Source of the DNA: Gemmatimonadales bacterium | GTDB taxonomy: Bacteria > Gemmatimonadota > Gemmatimonadetes > Gemmatimonadales > GWC2-71-9 | Direction of reading: 5' to 3' | DNA: 64,000 nt | Assembly: GCA_035637455.1 (NCBI GenBank) | Contig: DASPXE010000305.1 | Location: 3,253 to 67,252 of the forward strand | In this document: piece by piece, positions 26,809 to 34,787 of the stretch | Numbering within the stretch: the first letter of the stretch is position 1 | Layout of the letters: the number at the start of each line of letters is the position of its first letter | The notes under the pieces: generated by a model | Database searches by the model: none | Told to the model about the DNA's origin: nothing | Seen by the model: only the letters and a program-made list of their open reading frames with translations | Made by a program: the position numbers and the translations under genes

Positions 26809-28496
26809 CGGCGCGGATCGCGGTCCTCGCGCCCCAGGTCGCGGACCAGATCGCCGCCGGCGAGGTGGTCGAGCGGCCGGCCTCCGTCGTGAAGGAGCTT
26901 GTCGAGAACGCGCTCGACGGCGGCGCTCGGGCGATCCGCGTGGCGATCGAGAACGGGGGGAAGACGCTCATCGGGGTGAGCGACGACGGCGAGGGGATGG
27001 GCCGCGAGGACGCGGTACTGGCGCTGTCGCGCCACGCCACCAGCAAGATCCGCGATCCCTCGGACTTGATCGGTGTGGCGACGTTCGGCTTCCGAGGAGA
27101 GGCGCTCCCGGCGATCGCTTCGGTGGCGCGCTTCGAGCTCGAGACGTCGCCGGACGGCCGCGTCGGGACGCGCATCGGTGTGGTGGGGGGAAAGGGCGAG
27201 GTGGTGGAGGACGCCGTGCGGCAGCGCGGGACCACCGTGACCGTGCGCGCCCTATTCTTCAATACGCCCGCCCGCCGGAAGTTCCTGCGCGCCCAGGCGA
27301 CCGAGACCCGCGCGGTCGTCGAAACGCTCACCGTCCTCGCCCTGACGCGTCCCGATGTCGCGTTCACGCTCACGAGCGACGACCGTGCCGTCATCGATGT
27401 GCCCCCGGCGGCCGACCCGCTCGAGCGGCTGCGCGCCCTGTGGGGCTCCGGGGTTGCGGACACGTTGCTTCCCATCGCCCACTGCGAGGGGCCGCTCGAG
27501 GTGCGGGGCTTTGCGCAGCGGCCCGCGCAGGCGCGGCCGGCGGGCCGCAAGGGGTACGTCTTCGTGCGCGGCCGACCGATCCGGGATCCGTTCATCCTGC
27601 GAGCGGCGGAGGCCGGGTACCGGTCGACGATCGCGCCCGGTGACCGGCCCTCGCTGATCCTGTTCCTCGATCTCCCGGGCGATGCGGTGGACGTGAACGT
27701 TCACCCGACGAAGCTGGAGGTGCGGTTCCGCGAGAAGTTCTTCGTGGAAAAGGTGGTGGAGGAGGCGGTGCGCCGGGCGCTCGGGCCGCTCGCCGCGGCT
27801 GCACCGCTGGGGGTCGGGGGCCAGGGACCGGGGATCGGGGGATCATGGGTCGGCGTCGGCCCCGCCGCGCCGGCTGGGGCGCCGGGAGAGCTGTTTCCGA
27901 CGGAGCTCCTGACCCCTGACACCCGACCCCTGACACCGCTGCTCCAAGTCTTCGACACCTATCTCCTCTTCCAGACGGATTCCGGCGTCGCGATCGTGGA
28001 CCAGCACTCGGCCCACGAGCGGGTCCTCTACGAAACGGTGATGCGTCAACTGTCGGGCGACGGCGCGCCGGCCCAGCGGCTGCTGCTGCCGCTCACGCTC
28101 GAGTTCGCGCCCCCCGAGCTCGATGCCATCGACTCCCACCGGGAGTTGCTGCGGCGCGTGGGATATGAGATCGAGCCGTTTTCCGGGCGGACCGTGGTGG
28201 TGCACACGGCTCCCAACCCGCACCCGCGCTTCGACGCCGCGCGTTGCCTCCAAGAGCTGGTAGCGGATCTCGCAGGCGGCCGATTCGGCGGCTGGGCGAA
28301 CCGGCTCGAGCGCTTTGCGGCCACGTTCGCCTGTCGGGCGGCGATCAAGGCGGGACAGCAGCTCGACGTCGAAGAGATGCGCGAGCTCGTGGGCCGGCTG
28401 TTGACGGCGACGCTTCCGGCGCACGACGTGCACGGGCGGCCGACGATCGTGCAGCTGCCGCGGGAAGAGCTGGAGCGGCGGTTTGGGCGGAGTTAA
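26805..28496 (+). CDS. mutL: DNA mismatch repair protein MutL
   Basis: GTGA overlap. IAVLAPQVADQIAAGEVVERPASVVKELVENALDGGA, GFRGEALPAIASV, and a C-terminal dimerisation region ...LLLPLTLEF...FACRAAIKAG. It is only the last 563 aa of ORF 24975..28496. Confidence 0.92.
   Translation: MTARIAVLAPQVADQIAAGEVVERPASVVKELVENALDGGARAIRVAIENGGKTLIGVSDDGEGMGREDAVLALSRHATSKIRDPSDLIGVATFGFRGEALPAIASVARFELETSPDGRVGTRIGVVGGKGEVVEDAVRQRGTTVTVRALFFNTPARRKFLRAQATETRAVVETLTVLALTRPDVAFTLTSDDRAVIDVPPAADPLERLRALWGSGVADTLLPIAHCEGPLEVRGFAQRPAQARPAGRKGYVFVRGRPIRDPFILRAAEAGYRSTIAPGDRPSLILFLDLPGDAVDVNVHPTKLEVRFREKFFVEKVVEEAVRRALGPLAAAAPLGVGGQGPGIGGSWVGVGPAAPAGAPGELFPTELLTPDTRPLTPLLQVFDTYLLFQTDSGVAIVDQHSAHERVLYETVMRQLSGDGAPAQRLLLPLTLEFAPPELDAIDSHRELLRRVGYEIEPFSGRTVVVHTAPNPHPRFDAARCLQELVADLAGGRFGGWANRLERFAATFACRAAIKAGQQLDVEEMRELVGRLLTATLPAHDVHGRPTIVQLPREELERRFGRS
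27908..27937. repeat. tandem heptamers CCTGAC(C/A)-like x4, equivalent to tandem 14-mer GACCCCTGACACC x2, inside the mutL linker
   Basis: cctgacc cctgaca cccgacc cctgaca at 27908-27935. 13-bp exact copies at 27911-27923 and 27925-27937. Confidence 0.85.
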
Positions 28497-28516
28497 CCTC
28501 CGCCCGGCATCGTTTT

Positions 28517-28592
28517 CCCACCCTCAAGGGTGGGCTCGGCGAATCACTGTGCTTAAGGACAGTGCGTTGCCAAGCACAGGCTTCAGCCTGTG
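28517..28592 (+). promoter_or_regulatory. three consecutive hairpins in the mutL-miaA spacer; the last covers the miaA start codon
   Basis: CCCACCC-TCAA-GGGTGGG (28517-28534); CACTGT-N8-ACAGTG (28545-28564); CACAGGC-TTCA-GCCTGTG (28575-28592, includes GTG 28590). Alternative pairing GTGCTT (28549-54) with AAGCAC (28572-77). Confidence 0.5.
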
Positions 28593-29561
28593 AATGCGGC
28601 GGACGCGCGACCGCTGACGCCGGTTCTGGTCGGCCCCACCGGCGTCGGCAAAACGGCGGTCGCAGCCGCGTGGGGCGACCTCGAGTCCGTCGTCGTCATC
28701 TCGGCGGACGCGCGTCAAGTGTACCGGGGGCTCGACATCGGCACCGCCAAGCCCGACCCGGCGCAGCTCGCGCGCGTGCCGCACCTCGGAATCGATCTGA
28801 TCGAGCCGGCGGAGCGCTACAGCGCGGGGCGGTTCGCCCGCGACGCGAGTGTTTGGCTGGCCGGCGTCCGGATCGCGGGGCGGCAACCCGCGGTCGTGGG
28901 CGGAACCGGCTTCTACATCCGCGCGCTGGTGGAGGGTCTGTTCCGCGAGCCGCCGCTCGATCACGCGCGCCGCGACCGACTGCGCGCCTGGGCGGGGACG
29001 CTCGCCGCCGCCCGGCTGGCTCACTGGGCGGCGCGGCTGGATCGGCGCTTCGCGGGCGGCGGCCGCCAGCGGGCCGCCCGCGCGATCGAGGTGGCGCTCC
29101 TCACGGGTCGCTCCCTCTCGTGGTGGCAGCGCGAGGCGCGCGAGACCGGCGTGATGCGGCCGTGGTACATTCATCTCACCCTGCCGCGCGACACGCTGCA
29201 ACGACGGATCGCCCAGCGGGTCGATCGCATGCTGGCGGCGGGGCTCGTCGAAGAGGTGCGCGGCGTGCTGGCCGCGGGCGTGGCGCCGCACGCGCCGGGA
29301 CTGGACGGGATCGGCTACCGCGAGGTGGTCGCGATGCTGGAGGGCCGCCTCCCCGAACGCGAGCTGCGCGACGTCATCGTGGCCGCGACGCGCCGCTATG
29401 CGAAGCGGCAGGAGACGTGGTTTCGGCATCAACTGCGTGGTCAGACATCAGACGTCAGACGTCAGACAGATGAGGTGTGGACACTGGATGCGACGGAGTC
29501 CGCGGAGGCACTGGCTGCGACCATCGCAGCCCGGTGGCGTTCGGTGCAGTCGGACGTCTGA
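28590..29561 (+). CDS. miaA: tRNA dimethylallyltransferase
   Basis: VLVGPTGVGKTAVA (P-loop), ISADARQVYRGLDIGTAKP, VGGTGFYIRAL, RRYAKRQETWFR. Confidence 0.9.
   Translation: MNAADARPLTPVLVGPTGVGKTAVAAAWGDLESVVVISADARQVYRGLDIGTAKPDPAQLARVPHLGIDLIEPAERYSAGRFARDASVWLAGVRIAGRQPAVVGGTGFYIRALVEGLFREPPLDHARRDRLRAWAGTLAAARLAHWAARLDRRFAGGGRQRAARAIEVALLTGRSLSWWQREARETGVMRPWYIHLTLPRDTLQRRIAQRVDRMLAAGLVEEVRGVLAAGVAPHAPGLDGIGYREVVAMLEGRLPERELRDVIVAATRRYAKRQETWFRHQLRGQTSDVRRQTDEVWTLDATESAEALAATIAARWRSVQSDV
29441..29468. repeat. tandem heptamer TCAGAC(A/G) x4 inside the miaA coding sequence
   Basis: tcagaca tcagacg tcagacg tcagaca, encoding ...GQTSDVRRQTD... Confidence 0.9.
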
Positions 29562-29576
29562 CCTCTGACGTCTGAC
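29555..29576. repeat. inverted heptamer array C(G/C)TCTGA x3 spanning the miaA stop codon
   Basis: cgtctga cctctga cgtctga. It is the reverse complement of the 29441-29468 array, 86 nt downstream of it. Confidence 0.9.
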
Positions 29577-29584
29577 AATCTCCC

Positions 29585-30712
29585 ATGCGCATCGGCATCA
29601 CGTGTTATCCGACCTACGGTGGCTCCGGCGCCGTCGCCACCGAGCTGGGGCTCGAGCTCGGGCGGCGCGGCCACGAGGTGCACATCATCTCGTATGCAAG
29701 CCCGTTCCGGCTGCGGGGCGGGTTCGCCGAGCGCGTCACATTCCACGAAGTGGTGCCCGCCGACTACCCGTTGTTCGAGCAGTCCCCGTACGCCCTGGCG
29801 CTCGCGGTGAAGCAGCACGAAGTCGCCTTGCGCGAGGGGCTCGAGCTGATGCACGTGCACTATGCGATCCCGCACGCGGCGACGGCGTGGCTCGCCAAGC
29901 AGATGCTGAAGGGGGAGCGCGACCTCAAGGTGGTGACGACCCTGCACGGCACGGACATCACCCTCGTCGGCCAGGACCCGTCGTACTTCACGATCACCAA
30001 GTTCTCGATCGAGCAGTCGGACCGCGTGACCGCGGTGTCCGAGTATCTCAAGGAGGAGACGTATCGAGCGTTCGGGTGCACCGGGTGCGACGTGCGGGTG
30101 ATTCCTAATTTCGTCTCCGTTGCGGACTTCCATCCGCCGACCGACGGCTCGTGCCGCCGGGCGCTGGCGCCGGCGGGCCACAAGATACTGCTCCACGTCT
30201 CGAACTTCCGGCCAGTGAAGCGGGTCGGCGACGTGATCAAGGTGTTCGCAGGCGTGCGGCGCGCCCTCCCGGCGACGCTGGTGCTGGCGGGCGACGGGCC
30301 CGACCGGGACCTGGCGGAGCAGGAGGTGGACCGTCTCAAGCTGCGCGCGGACATACGCTTTCTCGGGAAGGTCGATCAGGTCGCCGATCTGCTGCGGGGC
30401 GGCGACCTGTTCCTGCTGCCTTCCCAGAACGAGTCGTTCGGGCTGTCCGCGCTCGAGGCCATGGCCTGCGGTGTCCCCGTCATCGCGACCCGGGGAGGCG
30501 GCCTCCCCGAAGTCGTGGTGGAAGGCGAGACGGGATACTTGGCGCCGGTCGGCGCCGTGGACGAGATGACGGAGCGCGCGGTGGCGCTGCTCAAAGACGC
30601 TGCGACCCACGAGCGCATGCGCCGGGCCGCCGCGGCACGCGCCTTGGAATTTTCCGCCGAGCTGGTCGTGCCCCGCTACGAGGGGCTGTATCAGGACGTG
30701 CTGGGTGCGTGA
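29585..30712 (+). CDS. bshA: N-acetyl-alpha-D-glucosaminyl L-malate synthase (bacillithiol biosynthesis glycosyltransferase)
   Basis: [37 protein letters not shown] closely matches the BshA N-terminal signature. GT4 C-terminal motif [33 protein letters not shown]. Confidence 0.7.
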   Translation: MRIGITCYPTYGGSGAVATELGLELGRRGHEVHIISYASPFRLRGGFAERVTFHEVVPADYPLFEQSPYALALAVKQHEVALREGLELMHVHYAIPHAATAWLAKQMLKGERDLKVVTTLHGTDITLVGQDPSYFTITKFSIEQSDRVTAVSEYLKEETYRAFGCTGCDVRVIPNFVSVADFHPPTDGSCRRALAPAGHKILLHVSNFRPVKRVGDVIKVFAGVRRALPATLVLAGDGPDRDLAEQEVDRLKLRADIRFLGKVDQVADLLRGGDLFLLPSQNESFGLSALEAMACGVPVIATRGGGLPEVVVEGETGYLAPVGAVDEMTERAVALLKDAATHERMRRAAAARALEFSAELVVPRYEGLYQDVLGA

Positions 30713-31529
30713 CGTCCTGCGGCTGGTCCGCGCCCACAACCTCGTCGTCGCCGCGGCCGGCGTGCTCGCCGGCGGGTGGATCGCGCTGGGCACGCTCGCG
30801 ACGCCCAAGCTGCTGGGGTTCGCCGCGGCGGCGGGCGTGGGATTCGGCGCGGCCGGCAATGCCTTGAACGACATCTGCGACGCCGCGGCGGACCGCGTGA
30901 ACCGCGGCCCCGCTGAGCGGCCGCTAGCGGCGGGTCGCTTGTCCCGCGGGACAGCCGACCTGTGCGTCGTCGGCGGGACCCTGTTCGGTCTCGCGGCCGC
31001 GGCGCTGGTGAGCGGCGCCGCGGTCCTGGTGGGGCTCGCCACGCTCGCCATGATGTTCCTCTACTCTCCCGTCTTGAAGCGCCGCGGGCTCGCGGGCAAT
31101 CTCGCCGTGGCGCTCGTCGCCGGGCTGCCCCTGTGGTACGGCGCCCTCGCGGTGGGAGGGCCGGCGCAGGGCGTGGTTCCGTGGGCCCTCGCCGCGTGGC
31201 TCCACCTGGTGCGTGAAATCGTCAAGGACCTGGGCGACGAGGCGGGAGACCGGCTGCTGGCGCGCCGCACGTTGCCGGTCACGATCGGATCGCGCGGTGC
31301 GGCGCTCGTCGCCGCGGCGCTGGGCGTGGCGTTCGTGCCGGCGAGCCTCGTGCTGCCCTACGCCGCCCGATACCACGGCGCCTATTATGTCGTCGCCCTG
31401 TTCGCACAGCTCGCCGTGCTGCTCGTCGCGAGCCGGCTCATCGCGGGAAAAATGGAGCGAAACAGCTTGTTGCTCAAAGGCGCGATGATCCTGGGCATCG
31501 TGGCGCTGGTCGCGGGAAGGGTCGCATGA
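30705..31529 (+). CDS. UbiA-family prenyltransferase
   Basis: GTG start overlapping bshA by 8 nt. NALNDICDAAADRVN (NxxxDxxxD). About 8 predicted TM segments. Second Asp-rich region KDLGDEAGDR. Confidence 0.75.
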   Translation: MRDVLRLVRAHNLVVAAAGVLAGGWIALGTLATPKLLGFAAAAGVGFGAAGNALNDICDAAADRVNRGPAERPLAAGRLSRGTADLCVVGGTLFGLAAAALVSGAAVLVGLATLAMMFLYSPVLKRRGLAGNLAVALVAGLPLWYGALAVGGPAQGVVPWALAAWLHLVREIVKDLGDEAGDRLLARRTLPVTIGSRGAALVAAALGVAFVPASLVLPYAARYHGAYYVVALFAQLAVLLVASRLIAGKMERNSLLLKGAMILGIVALVAGRVA

Positions 31530-32308
31530 CGCTGTGGCAAGGAGTGGTGCTCGGGTTGGTGCAGGGGCTCACGGAGTTCCTTCCCATCTCGAGCTCGGGC
31601 CACCTGGTGCTGGTGGAGGCGCTCACGGGCGTGCATTTCACCGATGTGACGGTGGAGGTCTCGCTGCACGTGGCCACGCTCGGGTCCGTGCTGGTGATGT
31701 TCGGCGGGCGGCTGTGGGCGATCGCGCGCGGCGTGCTGCGCCGCGACCCGGGGAGCTTGCGCTACGCGCTGCTGCTCGTCGTGGCGACGATCCCCGCGGG
31801 CTTGATCGGCACGCTGTTCCATCACCAGATCGAACAGCAGTTCCACTCGTTGATCTGGCTCGCCGCCCAGTTCCTCGTCACTGGGCTCATCCTGTGGTGG
31901 ACCCGCGGCCCGCGCGGGGATCGTGCGTTACCGTCGCTGAGCGCCGCGACGGGCATCGGCTTCGCCCAGGCGTTCGCGATCCTGCCCGCCATTTCCCGCT
32001 CGGGCGCGACCATCGCGGCGGCGCTGTGGAGTGGCTTGGCCCCGGCGAGCGCGGCCGAGTTCTGCTTCCTCATGGCCGTCCCGGTGATTGCCGGTGCGGC
32101 CCTGCTCGAGGGACGGGAGGCCATCCTCAAACTCGCCGCGGTCGGCGCCGTCCCTTGGGCCGTCAGCTGCGTCGTCGCCTTCGCGTCGGGCGTCTGGTCG
32201 ATCCGATTCCTCATGGCCCTGCTCCGCCAGGGTCGGTTGTACGCGTTCGCCCCCTACTGCTGGGCCGTGGGGTTGTTCACCCTCGTCTACGCCCTGTGGC
32301 TCGTCTAG
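31526..32308 (+). CDS. uppP: undecaprenyl-diphosphate phosphatase
   Basis: ATGA overlap. GLVQGLTEFLPISSSGHLVL and GFAQAFAILPAISRSGATI are the conserved BacA/UppP motifs. Confidence 0.9.
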   Translation: MTLWQGVVLGLVQGLTEFLPISSSGHLVLVEALTGVHFTDVTVEVSLHVATLGSVLVMFGGRLWAIARGVLRRDPGSLRYALLLVVATIPAGLIGTLFHHQIEQQFHSLIWLAAQFLVTGLILWWTRGPRGDRALPSLSAATGIGFAQAFAILPAISRSGATIAAALWSGLAPASAAEFCFLMAVPVIAGAALLEGREAILKLAAVGAVPWAVSCVVAFASGVWSIRFLMALLRQGRLYAFAPYCWAVGLFTLVYALWLV

Positions 32309-32352
32309 CGCTGGATGGCGTTCCTGCGGCGGAGCTCGCGGCGCGATGGGGC

Positions 32353-33093
32353 GTGCCGCAGTGCGGGCTGTTCCGCCGGCTCACCTCCACGCTGGACGCG
32401 ATCCACGACCTCGGCGCGCTCGGGGCGCCCGCGGGAACGACGGTGATCGCCGAGGAGCAGAGCGCCGGGCGCGGCCGCGACGGACGCACCTGGCATTCGC
32501 CGGCCGGAGGCGTGTGGCTTGGCCTGCTGCTCCGCCCGGAGCACGTCGCTCCGGGAGAGAGAGGGGGAGGAGTGGCGGGGGGGGCGGGGGGGGCGGGGGG
32601 GGCGGTCGCCATCCGGGCGGGTCTCGCGGTCGCGGACGCCGTGGATGCGCTGCTCGGCGGCCCGGTCGCGCGGCTCAAGTGGCCCAACGATGTGCTGCTC
32701 GATGACCGTAAGATCGCCGGGGTTCTGTGCGAGGGTCGCTGGCAGGGGGACCGGCTCCAATGGCTTGCCGTCGGCGTCGGCGTCAACGTGCGCAATGCCC
32801 TGCCCGCGGCAGTCGCGAGTCGCGCCGTGGCGCTGCACGAGCGTCTCCCGGACGTACGGCGCATCGACGTGCTGGACCGGCTGGTGCCGGCGCTGGTCCG
32901 CAGCGCCGCGCTCGAGCCGGCGCTCTCGGAACGGGAATGCGCGGCCTTCGCGCGGCGTGACTGGCTGCGCGGCCGCCAGCTGCGCGAGCCGGCCGTAGGC
33001 CGCGCCGGCGGGCTCCGGCCCGACGGCGCGCTGCTCGTGGATCTGGGGGCGGGGACGATCGGCGTGCGCGAGGGCCATGTCGAGCTCGCCTGA
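32353..33093 (+). CDS. birA: biotin-[acetyl-CoA-carboxylase] ligase (class I, no HTH)
   Basis: In-frame part of ORF 31534..33093 after the uppP stop. TSTLD, QSAGRGRDGRTWHSPAGG, LKWPNDVLL. The start is uncertain: GTG 32353 or CTG 32311. Confidence 0.8.
   Translation: MPQCGLFRRLTSTLDAIHDLGALGAPAGTTVIAEEQSAGRGRDGRTWHSPAGGVWLGLLLRPEHVAPGERGGGVAGGAGGAGGAVAIRAGLAVADAVDALLGGPVARLKWPNDVLLDDRKIAGVLCEGRWQGDRLQWLAVGVGVNVRNALPAAVASRAVALHERLPDVRRIDVLDRLVPALVRSAALEPALSERECAAFARRDWLRGRQLREPAVGRAGGLRPDGALLVDLGAGTIGVREGHVELA
32577..32603 (+). repeat. (G8C) x3 homopolymer-rich 9-nt tandem repeat inside birA
   Basis: G8 runs at 32577-84, 32586-93 and 32595-602, each followed by C, preceded by GAGAGAGAGGGGGAGGAG. 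Encodes AGGAGGAGGA. Confidence 0.95.
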
Positions 33094-34000
33094 TCTCTCG
33101 CGGCGCGCGCGCCTCGCGCTCGCCGCGTCCCTCGTGGTCACCGCCTGGAGCCTGCCGCGTCTCTCCGGGGTGCAGCGCCTCGCCGGCGGCACGGCCGTCT
33201 CGCTCGCGGCCGGGGCGTGCGCGCTCGTGGTGCTGCTCGTCGCCCGCCTCCCGCTCGGCTTCTCCTGGGGACCGGCGCGCTCCCGGCGGCTCGTGCCGGA
33301 CGTGGCAAGCGGTTTCGCGCTGGGCGCTGCCTGCGCTGCCGCGCTGATGTGGGACGGCAACGATGCGCGCCTGGTCCAGCTGTGGCGCGACGACCGCGCA
33401 GCCGCGGTGGCGCTCCTAGCGGGTGTCGCCGCTTGGGGAGCCGCCATCGCGGCCACGCGCCAGCGCGCGCTGTGGCGCTGGTACGCTGCGGCGGCCGTGG
33501 CGGCGCTGCTGCCGGAGGCGCTGCTCTTCGCGGTGCTGCGGCCCGCCACCCCGTCCGGCTTCGCCGCCGCGTTCGCGTTCTTCCTCGTCGCCGACACGGC
33601 CGTGGCGTTCGCAACCGAAGAGCTCGCGTTCCGACGCGCGCTCGTCGGGCCACCGGACGGCGCGGGTCTGGGCGCGCTGCTCTTCATGGCGGTCGTGTTC
33701 GGGCTGTGGCACGCCGTGCAGCCCGGCTACGGCGGCGCGCCCTGGGGGACGTTCCTCGGCACGGCGCTGGGCGGGTTCGTCGCGGGATGCGTGTACGCGC
33801 TCTCCGGCTCGCTCAGCGCCGCGGCGCTGTACCACGGGCTCCACAACGCTCCGCTCAAAGCGCTGGGCGGCGCGCTGATCGCCACGGGCCGCGCCGGGCT
33901 CGCGGCCGGCCTCGCGCTCGGCTGCACGGCCGCGCTCGCGGTCGCGCTCGGCTGGCTGGTGTGGCAGCGTGGCGGGCGCGAGGCCTCCCGTCTATCTTAG
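33077..34000 (+). CDS. CPBP-family (CAAX-type) intramembrane glutamic protease
   Basis: Overlaps birA by 17 nt. Motifs TEELAFRRAL (EExxxR), FGLWHAV (FxxxH), ALYHGLHNA (HxxxN). Multiple TM segments. Confidence 0.75.
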   Translation: MSSSPDLSRRARLALAASLVVTAWSLPRLSGVQRLAGGTAVSLAAGACALVVLLVARLPLGFSWGPARSRRLVPDVASGFALGAACAAALMWDGNDARLVQLWRDDRAAAVALLAGVAAWGAAIAATRQRALWRWYAAAAVAALLPEALLFAVLRPATPSGFAAAFAFFLVADTAVAFATEELAFRRALVGPPDGAGLGALLFMAVVFGLWHAVQPGYGGAPWGTFLGTALGGFVAGCVYALSGSLSAAALYHGLHNAPLKALGGALIATGRAGLAAGLALGCTAALAVALGWLVWQRGGREASRLS

Positions 34001-34007
34001 CCCGCGC

Positions 34008-34787
34008 ATGCTCCTCGCCATCAATATCAACAACACGGAAACGAAGCTCGGTCTGTTCCGCGGCGACAGCCTCGAGGCGCATTGGCGGCTGACGACGGCT
34101 CCGGCACGCACCCCGGACGAGTGGGCGGCGGCCTTCACCTCCTACCTCTTACAGGGGGGGCGGTCGACCCAGGAAGTCCGGGCGGCGGTCGTCGCGTCCG
34201 TCGTGCCACCGGTGACGCAGGGGGTGTGCGAGGCGGTCGAGCTGGCCACGACGGTTCGTCCGGTGATCGTGGACGGTCGCTCGGCGCTGCCCATCACGCT
34301 CGACGTCGACGAGCCGCTCGCGGTCGGGGCCGACCGGATCCTCAACACGCTGGCCGCATCGCAGCTGTTCCGCCGCGACACCATCGTTGTCGACTTCGGC
34401 ACCGCTACCACGTTCGACTGCATCACGGCGGACGGCCGGTTCATCGGGGGCGTGATCATGCCCGGGCTCCGCACGGCGTCCGATGCGCTGATCCGCAATA
34501 CGGCGAAGCTCCCCGCCACCGAGCTCACGCCGCCCGAGCACGTGATAGGGCGGCGTACCGAGGACTGCATCCGGGCGGGCGTCCTGCTCGGGGCGGCGGA
34601 GGCCGTTGACGGCATCGTCCGCCGCATCAAGGCCGAGTGGCCCAACGGCAACACGCCGCAGGTCATCGCGACCGGCGGACTGGCGAGCCTCGTCGCGCCG
34701 CTCGCGCGCGCCATCGAGTCGGTCCACCCCGATCTCACGCTGGCGGGCCTGCGCATCGCAGCCACCGCGCTCGGGCTGCAGTGGTAG
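34008..34787 (+). CDS. coaX: type III pantothenate kinase
   Basis: ORF 33969..34787 trimmed to ATG 34008. MLLAININNTETKLGLF, VVDFGTATTFD, ATGGLA. Confidence 0.88.
   Translation: MLLAININNTETKLGLFRGDSLEAHWRLTTAPARTPDEWAAAFTSYLLQGGRSTQEVRAAVVASVVPPVTQGVCEAVELATTVRPVIVDGRSALPITLDVDEPLAVGADRILNTLAASQLFRRDTIVVDFGTATTFDCITADGRFIGGVIMPGLRTASDALIRNTAKLPATELTPPEHVIGRRTEDCIRAGVLLGAAEAVDGIVRRIKAEWPNGNTPQVIATGGLASLVAPLARAIESVHPDLTLAGLRIAATALGLQW

Noticed and set aside
24975-28496. 1173-aa ORF that would be a giant MutL fusion. The same applies to 9456..11774 (772 aa), 16972..19074, 51775..54375, 54544..57492 and 31534..33093.
   Set aside because: Only the C-terminal parts carry recognisable motifs. The N-terminal parts are alternative frames of the well-supported upstream genes and are Arg/Gly-rich. 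Each real gene begins at an ATG or GTG forming a 4-nt overlap with the upstream stop.
32311-32352. VPAAELAARWGVPQ at the possible birA N-terminus as a remnant of the class II BirA helix-turn-helix domain.
   Set aside because: Only about 14 residues are available between the uppP stop and the catalytic core, far too short for a winged-helix domain. The resemblance is generic.
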